This document shows, one piece after another, positions 10,833 to 19,350 of a stretch of 64,000 nucleotides of DNA. Where the stretch lies: positions 22,683 to 86,682 of the forward strand of contig JBNKDE010000008.1 of the NCBI GenBank assembly GCA_050288105.1. Direction: 5' to 3'. The position numbers and the translations under genes were made by a program. The DNA is from Gammaproteobacteria bacterium (lineage in GTDB: Bacteria > Pseudomonadota > Gammaproteobacteria > GCA-001735895). A model generated the notes under the pieces. The model did no database searches, was not told the origin of the DNA, and worked only from the letters and a program-made list of their open reading frames with translations. Position 1 is the first letter of the stretch. The number at the start of each line of letters is the position of its first letter.

Positions 10833-11755
10833 TGCGATTCACCTGATTTGAGTTGTTGCATGATCAGTTGATCCGAGGGCAGTGCGATTTGAAGTGAGTA
10901 AGCAACCTGCCGGTTAATTTTGATCTGGAATCCTTCAGCGTAAAATTCCTGATCCTGTTTTCCTAACGAACCTGATAATAGTTGGTTTAATGTGCCAGCT
11001 AACTGTTCACCAATCTGCGCCGGTGAAATATAGATGGCGGCCAGGGCACCTGATTTTACATGTGCAGGAGAATAGCTCACTACAGGCTTGTTTAGTCTAT
11101 AGGAAGATAACAGTATTCCTTTCAGCGTTTGGTGATTGTAAATGGCTGGTTCTGGAAGGCTGAGCAATACATCGTCGATTTGCAGAATATTACGCACTCG
11201 GGTTATGGGGTTGTCTTCGGGATTGAGTATGTATTGATCGACCTTCAGCCCCGTAGTTTTTTCTGCGCGTTGAATAGTCTGCAAACTGAATTTATTATTT
11301 TCGGTTTTAAAAATACCTACCTTATCAACGGGTAGAAGCAACTGAATAAATCTCAGGTATCTTTCAAAAGGTTGATCCAGCAGCACACTATAGTGCCGAC
11401 CTTTACGATCATGATGGTTTAACTGAAATTCAGTAATGTAACTATGTATGAATGGAACATCCTTTTCAATTTCATTGGTTAGCTCTGCTGCTTTGGTACC
11501 TAAAGTGATGATGATGTCAGGATTATAATCTTGATGGTTCTTTTCGTAGGCCCGGGCAGTAACGATATTGAACTTGACCTTGCGTTCAGTTTTGTTAATC
11601 AGCTTTTCTATGCTTTGGTTATAAAATTGATTTTCATGGCTTTTGATAATAAGAATAGATTCATCCGCAGCAGCAACTGAAAATGATAACAGGCAGGTCC
11701 AGATAAGCGAAAGCCAGCTAAATAACTTCCTGAGTTGTTGGGATAGTCCTTGCAT
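10829..11755 (-). CDS. periplasmic substrate-binding-like protein (COG2984 / ABC_sub_bind-like), translationally coupled to the hybrid kinase
   Basis: Signal peptide, then alternating beta/alpha segments resembling PF04392. Its stop overlaps the kinase start. Confidence 0.55.
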   Translation of the reverse strand: MQGLSQQLRKLFSWLSLIWTCLLSFSVAAADESILIIKSHENQFYNQSIEKLINKTERKVKFNIVTARAYEKNHQDYNPDIIITLGTKAAELTNEIEKDVPFIHSYITEFQLNHHDRKGRHYSVLLDQPFERYLRFIQLLLPVDKVGIFKTENNKFSLQTIQRAEKTTGLKVDQYILNPEDNPITRVRNILQIDDVLLSLPEPAIYNHQTLKGILLSSYRLNKPVVSYSPAHVKSGALAAIYISPAQIGEQLAGTLNQLLSGSLGKQDQEFYAEGFQIKINRQVAYSLQIALPSDQLIMQQLKSGESQ

Positions 11756-11764
11756 AAATTTTGT

Positions 11765-13885
11765 TTAAAATCTCCCCGATATCCTTAGCAGGTATGATTC
11801 ACTGTGGGACCTAAACGGGCTGTAGTCTGTATAGGTTTCGTAAAGATCTCGGCCAATTAATTCCAGATTCAGGTCATGTCGCTGATCAATTGTGTACTGG
11901 TACCGTAGATCCAGCTTTCGGTAAGCATCCATGGTTCTGTTTGAATCGGTCCAGGAAAAACTGTCTACAAAATAAAGCACCCCTGATATCTGTTGACGAT
12001 CGGCGAGATTATAGTGTCCGCCAATATAATAGGTGAGCTCGGGATAGGAATCTTTATAATCGTCGAAACTTTCCTTAACCTGTACATAGCTGGAGCCGCC
12101 AAATATTCGATAGTCTTTTTGTTCTGGACTAAAATTTAGCGACAGGTCTATTCCTCGAACAACCGTACTGCCCGCATTTATAAAATCACCAATGATTTGA
12201 TTAGTACCGGTGACTGGATCTGGAGTGAATTCGGTATACTGCTCGTCGATTTGATCAGAGACTTTGTAGTGGAAAAATTTTATGTCCGTTGTCAGTTGCT
12301 GGTTGAGATACTCGCTAAAGATACCTATCTCCGTCGATTTAATCGTCTCCGGGTCAACATTGCCGCTCGCGCGCCAGTCTACTATCGGTAAAGATGCGGA
12401 TAGCGGCGGGATATAGACTTCATATTGGGTGCTCCCAAGCAACTCGTACAGTATTGGATTTCGGTTTGCAGTTGATGTGACCAGTCTTAGCGTATGTTGA
12501 CCTGCCTTTTTCAATGCCGAAATACGGTAGGAGGTTTCAGTATCGGTATAGCTTGAGTCCTCCAGCATGACGCCCAGGTCCAGGATGTAGCCATTGTTCG
12601 ATTTCCATTCGACACTACTGAATAAACGCTGGGTATCCACACGGTGGGTTGAGTCGTCATTGAATAAATGTATCGATACCACTTCATCCTGGCGTAAACT
12701 CATGCCATAGACCCATTGGGTGCTAGGGCTCACTTTACGCGTCTGGTATAGCTCGAAATCAAGGCGATCCGATCTGCGGTCGAAATCAACTGTGAAATAA
12801 AAGGGCGCGCTTGATCGTATGAATGGGGCATAGCTTTCATAACTGGTGCCGATGGTTAGATCGGCGATAAAGTCATTCAGTGGCGCGGTCGGGTATTTAT
12901 CGTTCACAACCTGGCGCGTATGCGTGATGGCCGCCACGGTACTGCTGCTGTCCTGAACCATTTCCCATTTTAAATTCTGATAGCTGTTGCTGGTTTCTTC
13001 ATCTCGAATCGTGTTGGTTACATCTCCGTCGCCTCTCCCTACCGTGCTCTGGTTCAAACCAGCCTGGATGGTCCAGAACTGGTTATACTCAGACAGGAAA
13101 TCAGTGCGGATATTGATTTTTTCCACGCTGCGAGAATCATTGATGTTTTCATAGCCATCATCCTGCTCACGCCCCGCAGTGATACGCCAGTCCAGGTCTC
13201 CATAGTTGTTCCCATAGCGCGCATAAAAATCGTTTACCGAGTTATCCTTTCCAAATCCCTGTGTCATGATGATTTCGCTACCTGCATCCTCGGCGGCATG
13301 GCGAGTTATGATATTGATGGTGGCCAGGAAGGCATTGGCGCCATAAGTGACCGCGTTCGGGCCTCGGGTAATTTCTACCCGTTCAATGTCTTCTAGCAGT
13401 AAAGGCAGGTTGCTCCAGGGTATGCCGCCAAATGAAGGTATAAATACCGAGCGGCCGTCAATGAGCACCTGCATCTGGCGTTGATAAAGCGAACCTAATC
13501 CCTGATAAGAAACCAAAGGTTGATTTCCGGTGTAGTAGCCGACAATAAATCCGGGCACCATACGAAAGATATCAGCGACCTGACGCGCACCTGAGTCGCG
13601 AATCATCTGGCGGTCAATGATACTTACCGAAGCGGGTGATTCATCAAGTGGCTTGTGCATTCTGGATACTGTTAATACCACGGGAGCTTCACCAAAAAAG
13701 TCGCTGCCTGCGTCGTAGTCTATGGTGGTTGAATCGCTCCCGTAAGCGGGCAGGATATATAGCCATGCTAGTCCTAAAAAAGCTGGTATTCTCAACTTAA
13801 ACCCCTTAATCAAAACTGTATAGCGATAGTTTAAGCCGATTGAATCGAGTAAACTACGCATCAAATTATTATTGTTTAAACCCAT
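11765..13885 (-). CDS. TonB-dependent outer-membrane receptor
   Basis: Plug-domain motifs, a C-terminal beta-barrel ending in an aromatic residue (...RISGRF), about 700 aa. The true start is probably an internal codon: a signal-peptide-like stretch (LRIPAFLGLAWLYILPAYG) sits about 25 residues into the ORF. Confidence 0.8.
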   Translation of the reverse strand: MGLNNNNLMRSLLDSIGLNYRYTVLIKGFKLRIPAFLGLAWLYILPAYGSDSTTIDYDAGSDFFGEAPVVLTVSRMHKPLDESPASVSIIDRQMIRDSGARQVADIFRMVPGFIVGYYTGNQPLVSYQGLGSLYQRQMQVLIDGRSVFIPSFGGIPWSNLPLLLEDIERVEITRGPNAVTYGANAFLATINIITRHAAEDAGSEIIMTQGFGKDNSVNDFYARYGNNYGDLDWRITAGREQDDGYENINDSRSVEKINIRTDFLSEYNQFWTIQAGLNQSTVGRGDGDVTNTIRDEETSNSYQNLKWEMVQDSSSTVAAITHTRQVVNDKYPTAPLNDFIADLTIGTSYESYAPFIRSSAPFYFTVDFDRRSDRLDFELYQTRKVSPSTQWVYGMSLRQDEVVSIHLFNDDSTHRVDTQRLFSSVEWKSNNGYILDLGVMLEDSSYTDTETSYRISALKKAGQHTLRLVTSTANRNPILYELLGSTQYEVYIPPLSASLPIVDWRASGNVDPETIKSTEIGIFSEYLNQQLTTDIKFFHYKVSDQIDEQYTEFTPDPVTGTNQIIGDFINAGSTVVRGIDLSLNFSPEQKDYRIFGGSSYVQVKESFDDYKDSYPELTYYIGGHYNLADRQQISGVLYFVDSFSWTDSNRTMDAYRKLDLRYQYTIDQRHDLNLELIGRDLYETYTDYSPFRSHSESYLLRISGRF

Positions 13886-14759
13886 GAAACTCGAAGATTA
13901 TATCGGAAATACCCCATTGGTAACATTGCAGCGTTTAGGTGCTGAAAATTCAACCAACAAAATCATGCTGAAACTTGAAGGCAATAACCCTGCGGGGTCT
14001 GTGAAAGACCGCCCGGCGCTAAGCATGATCAAGCAGGCCGAGCTGCGCGGTGAAATCAAGCCGGGTGACACCTTGATCGAGGCTACCAGTGGTAATACCG
14101 GTATAGCGCTGGCTATGGCGGCTGCGATCAAGGGCTATCGCATGATCATTATCATGCCTTCTAACATGAGCCTGGAGCGCAGGGCGGTGATGAAAGCCTA
14201 TGGTGCTGAATTGATACTGGCGGACGATATGATGGTTGCACGCGATCTCGCACTGGAGATGCAACAGCAGGGTAAGGGCAAGGTGCTGGATCAGTTTGCT
14301 AATCAGGATAATCCTCTCGCGCACTATGAAAATACCGCGCCTGAGATCTGGCAGCAAACCGGGCAGGGTATCACACATTTTGTCAGCTCCATGGGCACTA
14401 CCGGAACCATTGTGGGCTGTGCCAGGTACTTTAAGGAAGTCAATCCAGAAATCCAGGTTATAGGTGTTCATCCGGCAGAGGGTGCTGTCATTGCAGGCAT
14501 CAGACGCTGGCCTGAAGAGTATCTACCGAAGATATATGACCCCAGTAACATAGATCAGATTCTGGACGTCACGCAGCAGGAAGCGGAGCAAACTACGCGG
14601 GACCTGGCTGCCAAGGAAGGTATCTTCTGCGGCATTTCCTCAGGAGGTGCTGCCGCTGTTGCGCTGCGCCTGTCGCAGACATTAGAGAATGCGACTATTG
14701 TCAGTATTGTCTGCGATAGAGGTGACCGCTATCTCTCAACCGATGTTTTTCCTGCCTGA
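13884..14759 (+). CDS. cysM: cysteine synthase B
   Basis: Very high similarity to CysM: LEGNNPAGSVKDRPALSMI and PLP-binding TSGNTGIALAM. Start called at the ATG at 13884; the ORF track begins at a TTG at 13872. Confidence 0.9.
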   Translation: MKLEDYIGNTPLVTLQRLGAENSTNKIMLKLEGNNPAGSVKDRPALSMIKQAELRGEIKPGDTLIEATSGNTGIALAMAAAIKGYRMIIIMPSNMSLERRAVMKAYGAELILADDMMVARDLALEMQQQGKGKVLDQFANQDNPLAHYENTAPEIWQQTGQGITHFVSSMGTTGTIVGCARYFKEVNPEIQVIGVHPAEGAVIAGIRRWPEEYLPKIYDPSNIDQILDVTQQEAEQTTRDLAAKEGIFCGISSGGAAAVALRLSQTLENATIVSIVCDRGDRYLSTDVFPA

Positions 14760-14773
14760 GCAGGTGATAGCAT

Positions 14774-15550
14774 TTGATGAACGTTCTGGTTTTTGCGCTA
14801 CAGACCGTGCCCGATATCGACGGGGCAAGAAGGCTGTATGACCTACATGGACTGTCCGATGATGATGTAGCTCGCGCGGTGCTGCACAAACGTAGACAGG
14901 CTTTTTGCAGCGAGACATTCCCTGTCCATTTACAGAAAATCGTAACGATCTCCGCGGTGTGGTCTAATGCGGAGCGTTTCAAGGTCTGGTCGCTTGGTGA
15001 TGTGCAGACCAGCGAACAGGATTTACTACAGCGCTTTTATGATGGTATCGAACGTTTCACGCCTAGGCTGGTTTCCTGGGGTGGAACTGAATTTGAAAAG
15101 CCTGTGCTGCATTATCGCTCATTGCTGTATAGCGTGAACGCCACGCGTTACTGGGAAATGGGGGATAAGGAACCCCAGTTTAAGGAGAATAACTATCTTC
15201 AGCGCAGCCATCAGCGACATACCGATTTGCGAGAGGTATTAGCTGCTGACAGTGATCCTAAAGAGGCTGGATTGAATGCGATAGCGAAGCTATGCGGTTT
15301 TCCCGGAAGCCTCCATGCTGATACGCACAGTGTTTCGACATCCAGCACTGGGGTCGATATCAAAATGTTGAACCAGCTCGGCGAATGCAGGGTACTTAAT
15401 ATCTATCTGCTATATCTGAACTGGGAACGAAACCGCGGTAATCTCACCCCGCTGCAATACACTGAACGATGTAAAACAATCCGTTCTGCACTGATACAAT
15501 CAGAATCATCTCACCTGATCGAGTTTGAAAAAAACTGGATCGACTATTAA
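14774..15550 (+). CDS. predicted 3'-5' exonuclease related to the PolB exonuclease domain (COG3298-like, RNase H-like fold)
   Basis: 258 aa. The N-terminal LVFALQTVPDIDG matches Exo motif I (D-x-E-like, acidic pair), and acidic/Tyr motifs follow downstream. Confidence 0.5.
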   Translation: MMNVLVFALQTVPDIDGARRLYDLHGLSDDDVARAVLHKRRQAFCSETFPVHLQKIVTISAVWSNAERFKVWSLGDVQTSEQDLLQRFYDGIERFTPRLVSWGGTEFEKPVLHYRSLLYSVNATRYWEMGDKEPQFKENNYLQRSHQRHTDLREVLAADSDPKEAGLNAIAKLCGFPGSLHADTHSVSTSSTGVDIKMLNQLGECRVLNIYLLYLNWERNRGNLTPLQYTERCKTIRSALIQSESSHLIEFEKNWIDY

Positions 15551-15567
15551 TTCAACAACTACTTACC

Positions 15568-16893
15568 ATGTCCAGAAGAAATCGCCAGCGGCAACTGCCT
15601 GAACCGTTTGAAGTTACTATTGAAGGTCTGTCACATGAAGGCCGAGGCATCTGCCATCATAACGGGAAGATTGTATTTGTATTTGCAGCCCTGCCGGGTG
15701 AAGTGGTCAGAATACAGATTAACAAAACCACCAGAAAATACTCTGAGGCCAGCGTCGTGGAGGTGATTTCTGCATCACCTGACCGGATTCAACCACACTG
15801 CCCCAATTTTTCGGTGTGCGGCGGTTGCAGCATGCAACACGTGAGCTCACAAACTCAGCTTAAGCTCAAGCAGCAATCCTTGCGGGAAATGATAGAACAT
15901 GCAGGCATCCAGGTCGGTCAGTGGTTGCCTCCGCTCACTACGGTGCCCTGGGGATATCGTCGTAAGGCCCGCCTCGGGGTCAAGTATGTAATCAAAAAGC
16001 AACGCCTGTTGATTGGCTTTCGTGAACGCAATAAACCTTATCTTGCCGACATGCAGCAATGCCCCATTCTGCTGGAGCAGGTTGGCCAGCAGTTACCCTT
16101 ATTGATGGATTTGATATCCGGTCTACAGGCTCGCGAAACCATTCCGCAGATTGAGGTGGCAGCCGACGACGAGCATTGCATGCTGGTGCTGCGACACCTG
16201 AAACCCTTATCCGATACTGACCTGCAGCAGTTGACCCAGTTTGCAAGGGATAATGATTTCTGGATCCAGCTGCAACCCGGAGCTGCTGATTCAGTGATTC
16301 CGCTTTATCCCGAACAGCAGGTTCTGCGTTTCAAACCATTGCGCGATGCTGACCTATCGATACGCTTCAAACCGGGTGATTTCACACAGGTAAATGCGGA
16401 TATCAATCAGCAAATGGTGCAACAGGCATTGCAGTTTCTCAACCTGCAGCCGGAAGATCGCGTGCTGGACCTGTTCTGTGGCCTGGGTAATTTCACTTTA
16501 CCCATGGCGAGGCTGGCGAGCCAGGTTATCGGTGTAGAAGGGGATGAGGCAATGGTGTTACGAGCGCGCGAAAACGCTCTGGAACATGGCCTTGAGAATA
16601 CGGCGTACTATGTGTCAGATTTGACCAAGATTGATGCATCAGCGCCCTGGATGAAGCAAAAGTTCGATAAAATCCTGCTGGATCCGCCCAGATCTGGTGC
16701 TTTTGAAATGGTTGAACATTTGAGCGCTATGCAGGCTAAAACGATCGTCTATGTATCCTGTCAGCCTTCCAGCCTGGTACGAGACGCACGCATTTTATGT
16801 GATGCGGGTTATGATCTGGATTATCTTGGCGTGATGGATATGTTTCCGCAGACAGCCCATGTAGAATCCATGGCTGTGTTCAACAAAAAATAA
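15568..16893 (+). CDS. rlmD: 23S rRNA (uracil1939-C5)-methyltransferase RlmD (RumA)
   Basis: N-terminal TRAM domain, a 4-Cys Fe-S cluster (CPNFSVCGGCSMQH), a C-terminal SAM methyltransferase with DPPRSG motif. Confidence 0.9.
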   Translation: MSRRNRQRQLPEPFEVTIEGLSHEGRGICHHNGKIVFVFAALPGEVVRIQINKTTRKYSEASVVEVISASPDRIQPHCPNFSVCGGCSMQHVSSQTQLKLKQQSLREMIEHAGIQVGQWLPPLTTVPWGYRRKARLGVKYVIKKQRLLIGFRERNKPYLADMQQCPILLEQVGQQLPLLMDLISGLQARETIPQIEVAADDEHCMLVLRHLKPLSDTDLQQLTQFARDNDFWIQLQPGAADSVIPLYPEQQVLRFKPLRDADLSIRFKPGDFTQVNADINQQMVQQALQFLNLQPEDRVLDLFCGLGNFTLPMARLASQVIGVEGDEAMVLRARENALEHGLENTAYYVSDLTKIDASAPWMKQKFDKILLDPPRSGAFEMVEHLSAMQAKTIVYVSCQPSSLVRDARILCDAGYDLDYLGVMDMFPQTAHVESMAVFNKK

Positions 16894-16918
16894 TTAAATG
16901 CAAGTTTTTGCCTGATAA

Positions 16919-17353
<435 letters not shown>

Positions 17354-17367
17354 GAGAACAGTGGCAG

Positions 17368-18651
17368 ATGAAGTTTTATATCTCATTAATGTTGTTACTG
17401 TTGCTGCCGCAATCCAGTTTTGCGGCCGATAGCACCGATACCGGCAATACAGCCTGGATTCTGACCTCAACCGCTTTAGTACTTTTTATGACGTTACCTG
17501 GGCTGGCGCTTTTTTATGGCGGTCTGGTACGCACCAAAAATGTATTATCGGTACTCATGCAATGTTTTGCGATCACCTGCATCGTAACTATCCTGTGGGT
17601 TGTCGCAGGTTATAGTCTGGCATTCTCGGATGGAGGGTCGCTGAATGCCTGGATCGGTGGGACGGGCAATTTTTTCCTGTCTGAAGTCACCCGGGGTTCC
17701 GTCAATGGCAGTATCCCCGATACCGTCTTCGTTATGTTCCAGATGACCTTTGCGATTATCACCCCAGCACTTATCGTGGGTGGCTTTGCGGAACGCATGC
17801 GATTTTCTGCAATGCTGCTGTTTAGCGTGTTCTGGTTCCTGATCGTTTATTTGCCGGTTTGTCACTGGGTATGGGGCGGTGGCTGGCTCGCACAACTGGG
17901 CTTACTCGATTTTGCCGGAGGCACAGTCGTTCATATTACCGCCGGTGTAGGCGCGCTGGTAGCGGCTATGGTGCTGGGCAATCGTAAGGGGTTTCTGACG
18001 CATCAAATGACGCCGCACAACCTGACCATGACGGCGACTGGTGCTGGCATGCTGTGGGTGGGCTGGTTCGGTTTTAATGCTGGCAGTGCGGTGGCCGCGA
18101 ATGGTGATGCAGGTATGGCGATGCTGGTTACCCATATCTCCGCAGCAATGGGCGCATTCACCTGGATGATGATTGAATGGTTCAAGTTTGGTAAACCTTC
18201 TGCTCTGGGCATAGTAACCGGCATGGTGGCTGGTCTGGGCACCATTACCCCTGCTTCTGGTTATGTTGGGCCTATGGCTGCAATGTTTATCGGGTTAACG
18301 GCAGGTATCGTGTGCTTTACCGCAACCATGTATCTGAAACAGCGTTTACGTATCGATGATTCGCTGGATGTATTCCCAGTGCATGGCGTGGGCGGGATGC
18401 TGGGTACCTTCTTTGCCGGTATTTTCGTTGCAGCACAGTTTGGCGGATCGGGACTTGCTGACGGTATGACTATCGGTTCTCAGGTTATGACACAGCTGAT
18501 CGGTATCGTTGCAGTTGCAGCCTGGACCGCTATCGCAACCTATATTATTCTGAAACTGGTTGGCAGCTTCGTTGCCTTAAGGGTAAGCGAAGAGGAAGAG
18601 ACCGAAGGCTTAGACCTGGTCTCTCATGATGAGGTGGGTTACAGCATCTAG
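17368..18651 (+). CDS. amtB: ammonium transporter
   Basis: Signal peptide, 11 TM segments, Amt signatures (FAGGTVVHI, HGVGG), glnK-amtB operon. Confidence 0.95.
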   Translation: MKFYISLMLLLLLPQSSFAADSTDTGNTAWILTSTALVLFMTLPGLALFYGGLVRTKNVLSVLMQCFAITCIVTILWVVAGYSLAFSDGGSLNAWIGGTGNFFLSEVTRGSVNGSIPDTVFVMFQMTFAIITPALIVGGFAERMRFSAMLLFSVFWFLIVYLPVCHWVWGGGWLAQLGLLDFAGGTVVHITAGVGALVAAMVLGNRKGFLTHQMTPHNLTMTATGAGMLWVGWFGFNAGSAVAANGDAGMAMLVTHISAAMGAFTWMMIEWFKFGKPSALGIVTGMVAGLGTITPASGYVGPMAAMFIGLTAGIVCFTATMYLKQRLRIDDSLDVFPVHGVGGMLGTFFAGIFVAAQFGGSGLADGMTIGSQVMTQLIGIVAVAAWTAIATYIILKLVGSFVALRVSEEEETEGLDLVSHDEVGYSI

Positions 18652-18728
18652 CCTTGATGTTATAAAAAAGCGCCTGCTTTTTGATCAAAAACAGGTGCTA
18701 TTTATAGCGCTTCATCGCATTACAAAAA

Positions 18729-18765
18729 GCCCGCAGACTGTGGCTGCGGGCTTTTGTTGTTTTAG
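18729..18765. terminator. rho-independent terminator after amtB, potentially bidirectional
   Basis: The 8-bp stem GCCCGCAG/CTGCGGGC is followed by TTTTGTTGTTTT on the plus strand and a T-run on the minus strand. Confidence 0.6.
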
Positions 18766-18953
18766 CGAGCCGCTTTAATCAGCTTTTTAACGAAGTTACT
18801 GCTGTTTTCCTTGCTGCAGGTTTTTACCTCAAAACGACCCTGTCTCTGTTCTTCTTCATATTCATCCCTATGCTGCTTAACACAGGGAGGTGTGACGCCA
18901 TCACTGATATTGAATAACCAGGTTGCATCACCCTGATTGCCTTCCAGTGTCAT
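18762..18953 (-). CDS. hypothetical small protein (63 aa)
   Basis: ORF only, with no recognisable motif. It ends inside the bidirectional terminator and is of uncertain reality. Confidence 0.2.
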   Translation of the reverse strand: MTLEGNQGDATWLFNISDGVTPPCVKQHRDEYEEEQRQGRFEVKTCSKENSSNFVKKLIKAAR

Positions 18954-19145
18954 ACTTTCAGGGTGTTGAATATTGATAATAAGATGGGTTGTATTGTTAA
19001 ATCTCCTCCAAGTTTAGTGTTAATAGATGCGGGAGATACATTAGCGGGGAAATATCTCAGGCATGTGACTTTGGGAGTAATATCACATTAAATTTCCAAA
19101 TATGGTCTATTCTTTAAATACCCTCAATATAAAGTTGTATTTTTA

Positions 19146-19174
19146 GCCCGCTAGATTCTGATAGCGGGTTTTTT
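19146..19174 (+). terminator. orphan intrinsic terminator (possible 3' end of a small RNA)
   Basis: CCCGCT/AGCGGG stem with a 10-nt loop followed by TTTTTT. No plus-strand ORF lies upstream within 500 nt. Confidence 0.4.
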
Positions 19175-19350
19175 ATTGTCTGCATTTTAAACCAGGTGGC
19201 TTTGAACTATAGCCGCTTTACACTAACCGGCGACGGGTATCTGCGGCCGGTTAAAAACAATGACCGCTATGATCGCAAAGCTTGCGCTTTGTATCATGAG
19301 TTCTTGTTGATTGAGTTGATCTTTACTCTGTTACTATGTCGCGATGACAA

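Noticed and set aside
13872-13883. TTG-initiated 5' extension of cysM (MFKPM...) from the ORF track
   Set aside because: The ATG at 13884 gives the canonical CysM N-terminus (MKLEDYIGNTPLV). The extension would overlap the divergent gene.
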